This document shows positions 20,692 to 31,096 of a DNA stretch of 64,000 bases, piece after piece. The translations under genes and the position numbers were made by a program. Origin of the DNA: Nitrosopumilus sp. (GTDB taxonomy: Archaea; Thermoproteota; Nitrososphaeria; Nitrososphaerales; Nitrosopumilaceae); contig OZ241857.1 in the NCBI GenBank assembly GCA_965203315.1, positions 1,376,001 through 1,440,000 on the forward strand, written 5' to 3'. Below the pieces are notes generated by a model. The model saw nothing but the letters and a program-made list of their open reading frames with translations. It made no database searches and was not told where the DNA came from. Positions within the stretch are counted from its first letter, which is position 1, and each line of letters starts with the position of its first letter.

Positions 20692-21810
20692 CTATGATAT
20701 CGTCGCAAGTTGTTTACAGATCAGATACACTGCAAGAGATGTGGGTAGTGTTGTCTCATCGTTTAGCATAGGGCGAAGTCTCTTATTAAAGAGAGTTATG
20801 GGTATGGGGCAGTTTACTGTCACCTTGACGGGATCATCTGGTAGAAACATAGCATCAACTCTAGCATCAAATCTGTCTAGGTCATCACAGTATACCTTTG
20901 CTAGACCGCTCTTACTGTTCAGCGAGCCTGGCATTCTAAATATACGATGGATATCTGTTGTTACGTTGGGATCGATCTTTACTCCGATCGTGTCTGACAT
21001 CTCGTTTAATTTGTATTGAAACGATTGATATCCGCCCTTGATCAGACTCGTTATGACTTTACTACGTTTGGCAACTGATCCATACATGTATCTAGCAAAT
21101 CTACCTCGCCATCCCGAGTCATCCATATCTGGAAAATTGACCTTATCTGTCCTACCTCTCGCCATCCCAAAGGTCTCTGGAATTACAGCTTTGAGCATTA
21201 TATAGTCAACCAACTCTGATCGCTCCTTTGACTCAAGCTCGTGAAATCGTACATCATACACATAGACATGAAATCCATCATTACCAGAAAAGTAGACATC
21301 GATCTGTGTATGTTCTATGCCAAAGTCGTCAGTCAATATATCAACCAATCTCTTTGTCTCTTTTTTTGCACCGTCGATACATTTGGTACACATGATTGAC
21401 TTTTTAGTGAGTTTGGTAGAGTTGCAGTTGGTACAGCAATCTCCTCTCGATATCTGTTTACAGTCTGCACATATCGATACGGTGTGATCTATACGGCAAG
21501 GTAGTTTGAGATCTTTGGCATCTATATCAAAGATAAGATCTGCTGCATTCCATCCTTTCTCCTTTATTCCCAAGTTAGGGAATGCATAGTATGCATTTGA
21601 ACAGTATACGTCTGACGGAACGTCTTGTACAAGAAGAACGCGCAACTCTTTATCATTCTTTAGTGATACGTGTCTGATCATTCCAGAGTCGAATCGCTGA
21701 TAACCGAACTCGCGTTCATCCATACGATCAGGAATTCTAGATGTATCAAAGCGTTCGTAATAGAATCTTTTAAACACACCTTCTAAAAATGCAATATCTT
21801 TATCATTCAT
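20692..21810 (-). CDS. priS: DNA primase small subunit
   Basis: REFG, LIFDIDAKD, FSGNDGFH, IDPNVTTDIHRIFRMPGSLN. Confidence 0.94.
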   Translation of the reverse strand: MNDKDIAFLEGVFKRFYYERFDTSRIPDRMDEREFGYQRFDSGMIRHVSLKNDKELRVLLVQDVPSDVYCSNAYYAFPNLGIKEKGWNAADLIFDIDAKDLKLPCRIDHTVSICADCKQISRGDCCTNCNSTKLTKKSIMCTKCIDGAKKETKRLVDILTDDFGIEHTQIDVYFSGNDGFHVYVYDVRFHELESKERSELVDYIMLKAVIPETFGMARGRTDKVNFPDMDDSGWRGRFARYMYGSVAKRSKVITSLIKGGYQSFQYKLNEMSDTIGVKIDPNVTTDIHRIFRMPGSLNSKSGLAKVYCDDLDRFDARVDAMFLPDDPVKVTVNCPIPITLFNKRLRPMLNDETTLPTSLAVYLICKQLATIS

Positions 21811-22823
21811 CTTCGTGTCGCCCCAAACTGAACAGGATTGTATATGTTGTCACACTCTGGTACTCTAAAACAGAGATCTTGAGTATTCAACTTTTCACAT
21901 GATGGGCAGCTGTACTTTGTACCACTTGCTCCAGAAAGATTATTCAGTTGATATAATGTAATCTTTTCATTATAATCTGGTGCATTTTTGAAGAGTGGTG
22001 CAATCTCTTCTACGGATTTGCCTCTGGACAACAGAAACGTCGCTAACATGAATCGTCCCGAGTGTGGTAGATTCTCTCCATCTTCGAGTACTTTTATTGC
22101 ATGTTTAATACATGGTGGATACTCGCCACTGTATACGACCTCGGTCTCAAATTCTTTTGCAAGTTCAATCAATTCTGCAACGATTGATTCAAGACCTTGA
22201 ATCATCTTTGGCTTTGGTGCTTTGATAATATTGTCTTTAATGTATAGTCGCAGCTCATCTCGTATCAGTCTAATCGTCTGATGTGCATTCAGAAATACAT
22301 ATCCATTCTCTACATATCTGTTAACCAACTTCCATTCGCGCTCGTGAAACTTTATCGAGTATCGTACATAATCTTGGATCGGAATTGTAAAATAATCTTC
22401 CTTGTTCTCAATCTGTACCGAGAACAGCTCCATGATTATTCGTTTTGCTAATATTATTCTTGGTTTGTCATTGATGTTCTTTAAATCTCTCTCAAGAAAC
22501 TCTTCTGCACGTCGAGATTCTGCAAGTACAAATCGATTCACAAGTGTTGATCTTCCAGCCAACTTTAACAGTACTACTGCTAAGAGAAAGGAAAAGATCT
22601 CACGAGGAAGTATATGATCCTTTGATGCTTCACCGGTTAGATCAGATCTATATATCTTGCCTTTGGCAGATACTTTGATCCGTTCTAACGCACTCTCTCG
22701 TATGTCTTCGAGATCTGGATCTGTACCCAACTGCTCCAATGTGAATCCCTGATCTCTAAGATACTCTCCGGCAACTTTTACAAATGGATACTTTGCGAGT
22801 TCATCAGGCCCTAGTTGAAGCAT
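21807..22823 (-). CDS. priL: DNA primase large subunit
   Basis: YPPCI...LPHSGRF...YSCPSC...C Fe-S domain. Confidence 0.93.
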   Translation of the reverse strand: MLQLGPDELAKYPFVKVAGEYLRDQGFTLEQLGTDPDLEDIRESALERIKVSAKGKIYRSDLTGEASKDHILPREIFSFLLAVVLLKLAGRSTLVNRFVLAESRRAEEFLERDLKNINDKPRIILAKRIIMELFSVQIENKEDYFTIPIQDYVRYSIKFHEREWKLVNRYVENGYVFLNAHQTIRLIRDELRLYIKDNIIKAPKPKMIQGLESIVAELIELAKEFETEVVYSGEYPPCIKHAIKVLEDGENLPHSGRFMLATFLLSRGKSVEEIAPLFKNAPDYNEKITLYQLNNLSGASGTKYSCPSCEKLNTQDLCFRVPECDNIYNPVQFGATRR

Positions 22824-23028
22824 ACCTGATACACAGGTTATTTACTTAAAAATCTGATTTTATGCCAAATTCGCTTGGATCGATATTTAGCAGTATAATG
22901 TTTGGTTATCGGAAAAATTTATCAAAATACGGACGTACATTAACCAACAATAAACCATCTATGACCCAATCTAAAATGTACATTTACTATAATCCATAAA
23001 TCAATTGTAGTTTAAATTAACGTACTAG

Positions 23029-23880
23029 ATGATACAAACTATGCAGATAGGCTGTCACGTATCGATCTCTGGGTCTATAGATATGGCAGTAGACAATGCT
23101 GTAGAACATGAATGTACGGCATTTCAGATATTTACTAGAAATCCCCGAGGATGGCATGCAAGAGATCTCTCAAATAAAGATATTGACAACTTTAAGACAA
23201 AACTACAAGCAAGTGGAATAGATCGCTTTGCGACATGTGCACATATGCCATATCTTCCAAATCTTGCAACACCCAAAGATGATGGTTTTGCAAAGTCAGT
23301 AAATGTACTGATAAACGAGACAGAGCGATGTGCCCGGCTTGGAATACCATATCTGGTGACACATCTAGGAAGCCATCTTGGAAGTGGTGATGCTGCAGGT
23401 ATAGAGCGACTAATTGACGGACTGTCACAAGCTGGTCAGATCAATAATGATGTGATGATACTATTAGAGAATACAGCTGGTCAAAAGAACTCTGTTGGTT
23501 CTGACTTTGAACAGCTAGGTACAATATTCAAACAACTAGAACCAAAGAAAAAGTTTGGAGTATGTCTAGATACGTGCCATGCATTTGTTGCAGGATATGA
23601 TCTACGTACTCGTAGCAATGTGTCTAAGGTGTTCAAGGAATTCGACAAATATGTTGGATTGAAAAATCTAAAGATATTACACCTCAACGACGCTAAAGGA
23701 GAACTCGGTTGTAATTTAGATAGACATTATCATCTGGGTTTAGGTAAGATAGGACGTGATGGAATTGCAGCAGTCGTCAAATTCACGAACAAACTAGAGA
23801 TTCCAATAATACTCGAGACTCCAATAGATGATACACGAGATGACTTTGGCAACATTAGGTTTGCAAAGGAGCTTGCGTAG
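23029..23880 (+). CDS. nfo: endonuclease IV
   Basis: IGCHVS, HMPYLPNLA, LENTAG, CLDTCH, HLND, DRH, ILETP. Confidence 0.93.
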   Translation: MIQTMQIGCHVSISGSIDMAVDNAVEHECTAFQIFTRNPRGWHARDLSNKDIDNFKTKLQASGIDRFATCAHMPYLPNLATPKDDGFAKSVNVLINETERCARLGIPYLVTHLGSHLGSGDAAGIERLIDGLSQAGQINNDVMILLENTAGQKNSVGSDFEQLGTIFKQLEPKKKFGVCLDTCHAFVAGYDLRTRSNVSKVFKEFDKYVGLKNLKILHLNDAKGELGCNLDRHYHLGLGKIGRDGIAAVVKFTNKLEIPIILETPIDDTRDDFGNIRFAKELA

Positions 23881-23900
23881 AACTGATATTTTGATGGATC

Positions 23901-25358
23901 ATGGATTATGAAGATGTTATGAAACTTGCATTGGAACGTGGATTCTATTTTCCAAGCTGTGAGATATATGGTGACGCACAAGCTGGATTCTGGGAATATG
24001 GTCCATCTGGAACTAAATTCAAGAACAAGTTTCTAGATCTGTGGCGAAGAGAGTTGATCAGAAGGGACGAGATGTTAGAGATAGATGGTTCACAGATAAT
24101 GTCCAAACAAGTCTTTGAGGCATCTGGACACTTGAGTAACTTTGCCGATCCTATAACACATTGTAAAAGTTGTGGTTCAACATTTCGTGCAGACAAACTC
24201 ATTGCAGATACTGCAAATGTAATGATTCCAGAGAGCGCAGAGTTGAGCGAATTTGATGTTGCTATTACACAGAACAATATACAGTGTACTAGCTGCAAGG
24301 GTGATCTTGGACCTACTACAAACTTTAACATGATGTTTCGAGTAGGAATAGGGCCAGAAAATCATGACGCATATCTGCGTCCAGAGACATGTCAATCGAT
24401 CTTTGTCGACTTTGCACGACTCTACAAAACGATGCGAGGAAGACTACCTCTAGGTATAGCACAAGTAGGCAAGAGTTTTAGAAACGAGATAGCTCCACGA
24501 CAGAGTCTGTTACGATTACGCGAGTTTTATCAAGCAGAGATTGAGGTATTTTGTAATCCAACAAGATTAGATGATGTGGAACAGTTTGATGATATCTCTG
24601 ATACCAACCTAGTAATTCAGATAGGTGATGACACCACAACAGTAACATGTAATACTGCAGTCGAGTCTGGCATACTTCCAAACAAATTTGTTGCATATTA
24701 TTTAGCACTACTTGTAGAGTTTTATGAAAAGACTGGTATCGATATGAGTCGTTATAGATTTAGAAGATTAGGTGAGAAAGAGAAGGCATTTTATGCCGAG
24801 ATTGCATTTGACTTTGAAGTCGAGACTAGTATCGGATGGTTAGAACTAGTTGCATGTAACTATAGATCAGATCACGACCTAGCTGGTCACGCAGCAAAGA
24901 GTAAAGAAAAGTTAGAGGTCATGGACGGTGACACAAAGATTCTACCACATGTATTTGAGATATCTATGGGCATAGATCGAAGTCTGTATACGATCCTTGA
25001 GCATAGTTTGAGAGACGATACAGAGAATGAACGACGTGTACTGTCACTAAAACCTTACCTATCACCAATACACGTAGGTGTACTCTCGTTGGTAAAGAAG
25101 GATGGATTGCGAGAGAAGACAAACGAGATATATTCAGAGATAAAACGACTATGTGATGCATTCTTGGATCACTCTGGAGCTATAGGACGTAGATATAGAC
25201 GCCTGGATGAGGTAGGCGCACCATTTGCAATAACCATAGACCACCAAACCTTGACAGATGATACAGTTACTATACGATTACGTGATACGATGGAGCAACA
25301 AAGAATACCTATTGCAGATCTAAAATCAGAGATTACTAGTGCAATATCATATCCATAA
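23901..25358 (+). CDS. glyS: glycine--tRNA ligase
   Basis: ASGH...F.DP, LRPETCQ, FRNEI.PRQ..LRLREF.QAE, GAIGRRYRRLDEVG. Confidence 0.95.
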   Translation: MDYEDVMKLALERGFYFPSCEIYGDAQAGFWEYGPSGTKFKNKFLDLWRRELIRRDEMLEIDGSQIMSKQVFEASGHLSNFADPITHCKSCGSTFRADKLIADTANVMIPESAELSEFDVAITQNNIQCTSCKGDLGPTTNFNMMFRVGIGPENHDAYLRPETCQSIFVDFARLYKTMRGRLPLGIAQVGKSFRNEIAPRQSLLRLREFYQAEIEVFCNPTRLDDVEQFDDISDTNLVIQIGDDTTTVTCNTAVESGILPNKFVAYYLALLVEFYEKTGIDMSRYRFRRLGEKEKAFYAEIAFDFEVETSIGWLELVACNYRSDHDLAGHAAKSKEKLEVMDGDTKILPHVFEISMGIDRSLYTILEHSLRDDTENERRVLSLKPYLSPIHVGVLSLVKKDGLREKTNEIYSEIKRLCDAFLDHSGAIGRRYRRLDEVGAPFAITIDHQTLTDDTVTIRLRDTMEQQRIPIADLKSEITSAISYP

Positions 25359-25434
25359 ATTTAGATATTGATTATTTGTAACCAGTTTGATATGGATCAA
25401 TGTGATATTGACCATAAAGAGTATTCATCATATA

Positions 25435-25646
25435 TACCAAAGTGCAAAAGTATTTTCCAAGTAAATCGTAGAATAGCATGTATGTACTTGTGAATACATC
25501 TTACGGAAATCAAAAGTACATCATTTGAGCGATTTTGTCTATAGAAATAACATATGCGCTGTCGTCATTACAAGATGAGCACATCCATAAAAAGTACATG
25601 TGCGTTATTTTGTTGTCGTCTTGGAAAATACTTTCGCACTTTGGTA
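25435..25646. mobile_element. IS630-type MITE (family M3)
   Basis: TIR TACCAAAGTGCAAAAGTATTTTCCAAG / CTTGGAAAATACTTTCGCACTTTGGTA, TA on both flanks. Confidence 0.8.
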
Positions 25647-25707
25647 TAATTGAGAGATCTTACGATCTTTATGCCTCAAATCACAGCTCCCCAGGATTAC
25701 ACAGAAC

Positions 25708-25822
25708 CGTTTTTCGGTTTACGTGGGATGACATGTAGCAAGACTTTTTCTGATTTTCTCTTATAGAATACTGTAGTAATTTTTCTGTACCCGTTCTATC
25801 CCAAGTAGACCAAAAAAGATAC
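25708..25822. mobile_element. degenerate MITE (family M1)
   Basis: Similar to 9313-9428 and 47891-48007. Confidence 0.55.
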
Positions 25823-25861
25823 ATCAAATAATATGTATGATGTTATATTCGATATTGTAAT

Positions 25862-27025
25862 ATGGACAAAATCCTCTACATGATTGACGTTCTTCAACGA
25901 TCAGAGTTTGGAGATCTAGCAAAGCTAACTCGTATAAAAAACAGAATAAATGACGGGTACATTCTACAGGATGATGTTGATTATGTTGAACAGTTGCACA
26001 ATGATCTTGAGATCTCTAGAGGTGGAGCAATAAAGAGATCTAGCAAAGCATGGTATCTACTACCTTTATGTTTGTGGATACTAGGTGGCATAATATCATA
26101 TGCCTGTCTACGAAAGCGTGATCCAGGACGTGCAAGAAATACACTAATTCTAGGATCAGCATTCTTTGGAATATTTCTAGTTCTTGTATTTGTCGGATCT
26201 ACGATACCTGATGATCCTATACTTGACGAGTCTATAACTGATCCCATAATATCATCTGTAAATACTGAAAGCATTGACTCCTCAAACTCTATACATTCTG
26301 ATCAAGATACACTAGAATCAGTAATTCAAAATGTACAAGAACCTCAAATTCATAAAATATCATACGCTCCTATACCAGAATATGTGGATTCAGAGATATT
26401 ACTATCTGCTCTTGCTAATGCAGTACACTCGTGGGAGTCAGAAAATCCTCAAATTGATCTACAAATCGTAGAGTCTGATCCTGATCTAGAAATATCTTGG
26501 TCTAGATGGATGAAGGGCTCAACATTAGGTGTCTATAGAGTTTATAATTCTACAATTAATGGGACAGTTGTATCCAACCATGAAATTATGATTAGAATGG
26601 GTAACGACGACTGTCATTCCATCTATCAGCCATACAGTGCAGAATCATTAACACATACTATTGCGCACGAGTTGGGACATTATCTTGGATTGAGGCATAT
26701 AAACAACAGAGATCATCTCATGCATTCAGACGAATTCTTTGGTGTAGATTCAATATTGGTATATGATGAGCAGGGATATGTAATACCCAAAATATCCGAA
26801 CCAAAAGTGAGAACACTAGTTGCTCAGACTATTACAGAGCAGATCGATTTAATAAATCACGAATTGGATCAGATCGTAGCAGAACGTCTAGATATAAAAA
26901 CCAAGTTGGTTGATAATGAGTCTGATACGCTGCAAATTGCTCTACAATCCAATAGTAAAAAGTATAACAAACTGGCACAGCAACTAGAAGAATTTGATAA
27001 ACAGATCAGCTGTCTAGAAAATTGA
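25862..27025 (+). CDS. membrane-anchored matrixin-type (M10 metzincin) metalloprotease
   Basis: HELGHYLGLRH zinc motif plus Met-turn (HLM), two N-terminal TMs, coiled-coil tail. Confidence 0.82.
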   Translation: MDKILYMIDVLQRSEFGDLAKLTRIKNRINDGYILQDDVDYVEQLHNDLEISRGGAIKRSSKAWYLLPLCLWILGGIISYACLRKRDPGRARNTLILGSAFFGIFLVLVFVGSTIPDDPILDESITDPIISSVNTESIDSSNSIHSDQDTLESVIQNVQEPQIHKISYAPIPEYVDSEILLSALANAVHSWESENPQIDLQIVESDPDLEISWSRWMKGSTLGVYRVYNSTINGTVVSNHEIMIRMGNDDCHSIYQPYSAESLTHTIAHELGHYLGLRHINNRDHLMHSDEFFGVDSILVYDEQGYVIPKISEPKVRTLVAQTITEQIDLINHELDQIVAERLDIKTKLVDNESDTLQIALQSNSKKYNKLAQQLEEFDKQISCLEN

Positions 27026-27546
27026 AGTGAGACTAATACCTATGTCAACCATCCATTTCACTAGGAGAGTTATCACATTATGATTTAAATAATAACAAGA
27101 GTCACTCTATACTTACTTGGATGTATTAACAATAAAAGAGATTGATGACTTGATCAAGCTTGGTATAGGCGACTCTCAAAGACTCTCTTATATCAAAGGG
27201 ATGTTATTGCAGGAACGAGATCTGTATAATTCAGATAAAAAATACCTAGAAAAACTCAATCTAATTAGAGACACAAAACTAGACCCATCAACGTCTACAA
27301 ATAATATCAATGAACATCAACCATCATCAAATGTACAAACCACAGATAAAGACGAATCTCAATCTACACCTGTAGACGATGTCACGACGCCTAAAGAAAA
27401 GGTAATAATCAAATACGTGTACAAGTCTAGCGCTGCATGGTATCTACTACCTTTATGTTTGTGGATACTAGGTGGCATAATATCATATGCCTGTCTACGA
27501 AAGCGTGATCCAGGACGTGCAAGAAATACATTAATTCTAGGATCAG
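26048..27546 (+). repeat. 112-bp near-identical direct repeat shared by adjacent genes
   Basis: 26048-26159 vs 27435-27546, one mismatch seen; encodes AWYLLPLCLWILGGIISYACLRKRDPGRARNTLILGS. Confidence 0.92.
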
Positions 27547-28040
27547 TACTATCTATATTGCCTATAATCATACTTGTTGGGTTCGTCACGTATTTTGCGG
27601 ATGAGTATAGTGTATCAACTACAAATATGTCTCTAGAAGAGATCAAACAAGCATCATTACTTGTTCCATATAATTCACTTATAGATGATAGTGATACCTA
27701 TGTTGGAGAAGTTGTACGGTATGATGGAAAGATAGTTCAAGCAATGGAACAATTTGATATCTATGTACTACGAATTTCAACGTCGTTTGATGGATTTGCT
27801 TCTGATGATGTGATATGGGTAAATTATGAACCTAAAACAGATGAAGAAAGACAATGGTTAGAGAAACTAGAGCAAGATCTTGTTCCATTTACAGGCCCAA
27901 ATTCAGACAATCTTGTTCGAGTGTGGGGCGAGTCCAAAGGACTAACTGACTATTCTAACATATTTGGTGGTACAGTAACACTCCCAAAGATTGATGGATG
28001 GATAATAGAGAGACTTTTACTCGATGAAGATGTACCCTAG
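27117..28040 (+). CDS. membrane protein with probable extracellular OB-fold
   Basis: Shared 2-TM module, then YVGEVVRYDGKIVQ...VRVWGESKG...Y...GGTVTLPKI. Confidence 0.65.
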   Translation: MDVLTIKEIDDLIKLGIGDSQRLSYIKGMLLQERDLYNSDKKYLEKLNLIRDTKLDPSTSTNNINEHQPSSNVQTTDKDESQSTPVDDVTTPKEKVIIKYVYKSSAAWYLLPLCLWILGGIISYACLRKRDPGRARNTLILGSVLSILPIIILVGFVTYFADEYSVSTTNMSLEEIKQASLLVPYNSLIDDSDTYVGEVVRYDGKIVQAMEQFDIYVLRISTSFDGFASDDVIWVNYEPKTDEERQWLEKLEQDLVPFTGPNSDNLVRVWGESKGLTDYSNIFGGTVTLPKIDGWIIERLLLDEDVP

Positions 28041-28118
28041 TATTTCAAACACTATTGACATTTTATTATATTTTTATCTTAAAATTTGATTCAATACATC
28101 GAATACAAATCTATACAA

Positions 28119-30029
28119 CTATGCATGTGCATCACCATGCATTAGATTATTCACTTTACTCTTACCTGCAGGCATCACTCGTATGATATCATCTAATGGA
28201 ATACTCTTTGCAACTGTTTCATCTTTTTCTAAAAGTTCAAGTCTAATCTTCTTTGCAGCGTCTACTAGATCTAAACCTTGCGGTTCGATAATACTATAGT
28301 ATATAGATCGTTGCTTGATGGGTTCAACAGGACCACACGTTACTACATACGAGTCATCACTATCCATGATACCTACTGCCAACTTTAAGCTAGTTGATTT
28401 GATAAAGTTACGTTGACCTTCTATAGTAAATGATCCCTTTGGTAGAAACTCGCCTGACGGTGCTGACTTTTTTACCTGATCAGGATACACCCAATAGGCA
28501 CGTACACCATACAATCCTTCACGCCATGCACGACTAAAGCAGACGGTAGCTATTGCCATCTGACTCATGGTGTCATCTGATGGCGTATCAGCATCTTTGA
28601 GTATGAAGAACGGTGATCCAAAGATATCTGCGTGAAATACTTTGTCTCTGTTGGTTAGTTGTTTGCGAATTACAGCCGAGTTGGATGCAGCATCACGTCC
28701 ACCAACTGCAAGTAGTCCATCTGTTGTGTAAAACCATCTATATCTCTCATACCAACTCTTCTTTCGTATATTTGACACAGTGATATCAGGTACATTTTGT
28801 TCTTTTGTTAATAGATGTTCTAATTTTGTTTTAGTCTTATTCATCGCAGCTTGAATGGTATTGGTTGCAGCTGCTTGATGTTTAGCCTCATCAAATAATG
28901 TAGATGCAATAGAATGTAGTGACGACTCGATGTTGATTCTAATCTTTGTTGTGTCGACTAGAAGAAACTTGATGCCCTTCTCTGTAATAACTCTAGCATT
29001 GTGAGTTTTTAGTATATCTATCGATCTAGGGTCTTGGATACTTTGTATACCTTGGGAGATCATATCAAAGAATGACTTGGCCACAACTGTTATTGCAGCT
29101 GATCTCTCTTGAACCGTCTGAATAGCTTTTGATTGTTCATCTAGCCTCGTCTGTAGTTCTGTTATTGCGCGGTTTGATGTAGAAGACTGTATCGAGTTTG
29201 CTTGAGCAACCAACGACTCTGTAAATACTGTATCTAGTCCTTGAATAAAACTGTCTACAGGTACTCCTTGATCACTTTTGAGCTGCACGGGATATACTTC
29301 AGGTCTGTCGCCTGTAATGATAACCGGTTTGTGATTGCCGTGTGTAATGTCGTGTACAAGTTTTTTTATTGTATTGTATAAATGCGTGATCTGTTGTTTG
29401 GTGAGTTGATCAGATGGTATCTGTGAATCTATACCGGCCAATGTAAATACTCCTTCAGCATATTTTTTTGGAAGTCCCAATGTTCTCCCAACCCATCTCG
29501 CTGCAACCATGTCTGACTTGTACATATCTGTAAAGTTATCCTCAGTTATGTCTAGAATATCTATCTCGGTTTGGAGTGGCGGTGTGTACTGTAAACCAAC
29601 TGATAGCTTTCTGTGCCGTACGTCTATAGAGTGTTGTAGTGCTAGAATCTTCCCCGTCTCATCATACAGTATGATGTTCCCGTCGCCAAAAAACTCTACA
29701 ACTAGAACAAACTCCCTTTCAAATCCCTCAAACACTAGATATGCGATTCGTTCTGAGCCGATCTGTCGAATCTCCTTTAAACGCAGTCGTACAATATCAC
29801 TACGCAGTCGTTTCTGTAATCGATTTGGTTCTATCTGTTCTATCTTTACTGACGTGATCCAGATGCCCATAGTTGAGACCATCAAAAAGAGATCGGGTTT
29901 GTCGGTATGATGTAGTTTGAAGAGTAAACTAGATTTGTTTATTCCATAGATGTTACTGACATAGTATCCTTTGGCCTGCTCTGATATGGTATCTACAAGA
30001 TATCGCAGCTCAATTCCCGCAAGCGTCAT
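28119..30029 (-). CDS. rqcH: NFACT/RqcH ribosome rescue protein
   Basis: QIGSERI, EFFGDGNIIL, WYERYRWF, GGRDA..N, FHADIFGSP, KSAPSGEFLPKGSF. Confidence 0.9.
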   Translation of the reverse strand: MTLAGIELRYLVDTISEQAKGYYVSNIYGINKSSLLFKLHHTDKPDLFLMVSTMGIWITSVKIEQIEPNRLQKRLRSDIVRLRLKEIRQIGSERIAYLVFEGFEREFVLVVEFFGDGNIILYDETGKILALQHSIDVRHRKLSVGLQYTPPLQTEIDILDITEDNFTDMYKSDMVAARWVGRTLGLPKKYAEGVFTLAGIDSQIPSDQLTKQQITHLYNTIKKLVHDITHGNHKPVIITGDRPEVYPVQLKSDQGVPVDSFIQGLDTVFTESLVAQANSIQSSTSNRAITELQTRLDEQSKAIQTVQERSAAITVVAKSFFDMISQGIQSIQDPRSIDILKTHNARVITEKGIKFLLVDTTKIRINIESSLHSIASTLFDEAKHQAAATNTIQAAMNKTKTKLEHLLTKEQNVPDITVSNIRKKSWYERYRWFYTTDGLLAVGGRDAASNSAVIRKQLTNRDKVFHADIFGSPFFILKDADTPSDDTMSQMAIATVCFSRAWREGLYGVRAYWVYPDQVKKSAPSGEFLPKGSFTIEGQRNFIKSTSLKLAVGIMDSDDSYVVTCGPVEPIKQRSIYYSIIEPQGLDLVDAAKKIRLELLEKDETVAKSIPLDDIIRVMPAGKSKVNNLMHGDAHA

Positions 30030-30071
30030 GTATTATACATGATATATACTCAATTTTACTCTTCTAGCCAC

Positions 30072-30247
30072 GGTTCTGTTAACATGACGAGGGTTGGCAT
30101 TTTATGCACAAAATTCTCGAAAAATTTTGTAAAATATGGAAACGGTCTCATATCGGATATCGTAAATTTCTGCTGTTTTGAGTCACATATTGTGCGTTCT
30201 TTGAGATAACGTCATAACGATCTCCACCCAGTCAATTGAACAGAACC
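30072..30247. mobile_element. MITE with IS6-like ends (family M2)
   Basis: GGTTCTGTT...AACAGAACC; reverse complement of 11654-11835. Confidence 0.82.
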
Positions 30248-30349
30248 TATTGAATCCATTTGAATTGAAACAAAAAGAGTACTAGCTCAATGGAAGAACT
30301 AACTTTACTGTCAATATATCTACTAAATACACATTATAATTAAAGATTG

Positions 30350-30421
30350 TGGACTGGGTGGGATTCGAACCCAACACTCTTTGTTGACAGTAAAGTGCTC
30401 TTCCTTTAGATCTACCAACCC
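30350..30421 (-). tRNA. atypical or degenerate tRNA-like gene, GTC (Asp) anticodon
   Basis: GGGTTGG/CCAGTCC acceptor, loop CTGTCAA, GGTTCGAATCC; one mismatch in each of the D, anticodon and T stems; A73. Confidence 0.6.
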
Positions 30422-30581
30422 ACAAGATTTGTTATCAGGTCAAGCCGTAACAGATACTTGGAGTTTGGGCAGTCTATGGCGAAGATTGCTGACACAGACT
30501 ACTCAAATCTACCACTGGTGGCTTTAGTCCAATTACCAAAGATTTTAAACACGGTGTGATGAAGTCACGCTAGAAATTTAC

Positions 30582-31085
30582 TTGGCACGATTCAAAAAGA
30601 AGCGATCAAAACCTACTCCTGATCCCAAAAAACCAGACGAACCAAAAGAGGTCGTAAAGGATGCTATAGAGACTAAAGATATGCCTGATATAGCAAAAGA
30701 GACGCCAGATATAACAAAAAAACCAGACGATGTTCCAATGCCTCCGTCCATGAGCGATAGAGCAAGAGAGGAGAAAGATCGCAAACTGAACACACTCTTT
30801 TGGCTACGTGTCGCTCTAGCTGTGATCGCAGGAACAGCTGCCACGTTCATCTTTGAGGATATTGAGGGTGAGGATAGACGATGGGCATCGATAGCATTTA
30901 TGATAATAATATTCTTGGGAACGATATTTGTCGCCAAGAGCATGAACATGCAGCTACCGCCATCTGATCGAAAGAAGCTAGTTACACAAGCAATAGGCAG
31001 CTATATCTTTCTGTATCTGTTTACTTGGATCATGAGTTATACCATAGTCCACTCTGGAACTATCTCTACCGGAGTCAACTTGTGA
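30582..31085 (+). CDS. membrane protein, EMC6-like
   Basis: Charged N-terminus, three TMs ending YIFLYLFTWIMSYT. Confidence 0.55.
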   Translation: MARFKKKRSKPTPDPKKPDEPKEVVKDAIETKDMPDIAKETPDITKKPDDVPMPPSMSDRAREEKDRKLNTLFWLRVALAVIAGTAATFIFEDIEGEDRRWASIAFMIIIFLGTIFVAKSMNMQLPPSDRKKLVTQAIGSYIFLYLFTWIMSYTIVHSGTISTGVNL

Positions 31086-31096
31086 TACGATGAGAT

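Noticed and set aside
30438-30530. Cobalamin riboswitch or Y RNA
   Set aside because: Lacks the GGGAA/B12-box elements and the 5' GGUCCGA strand.
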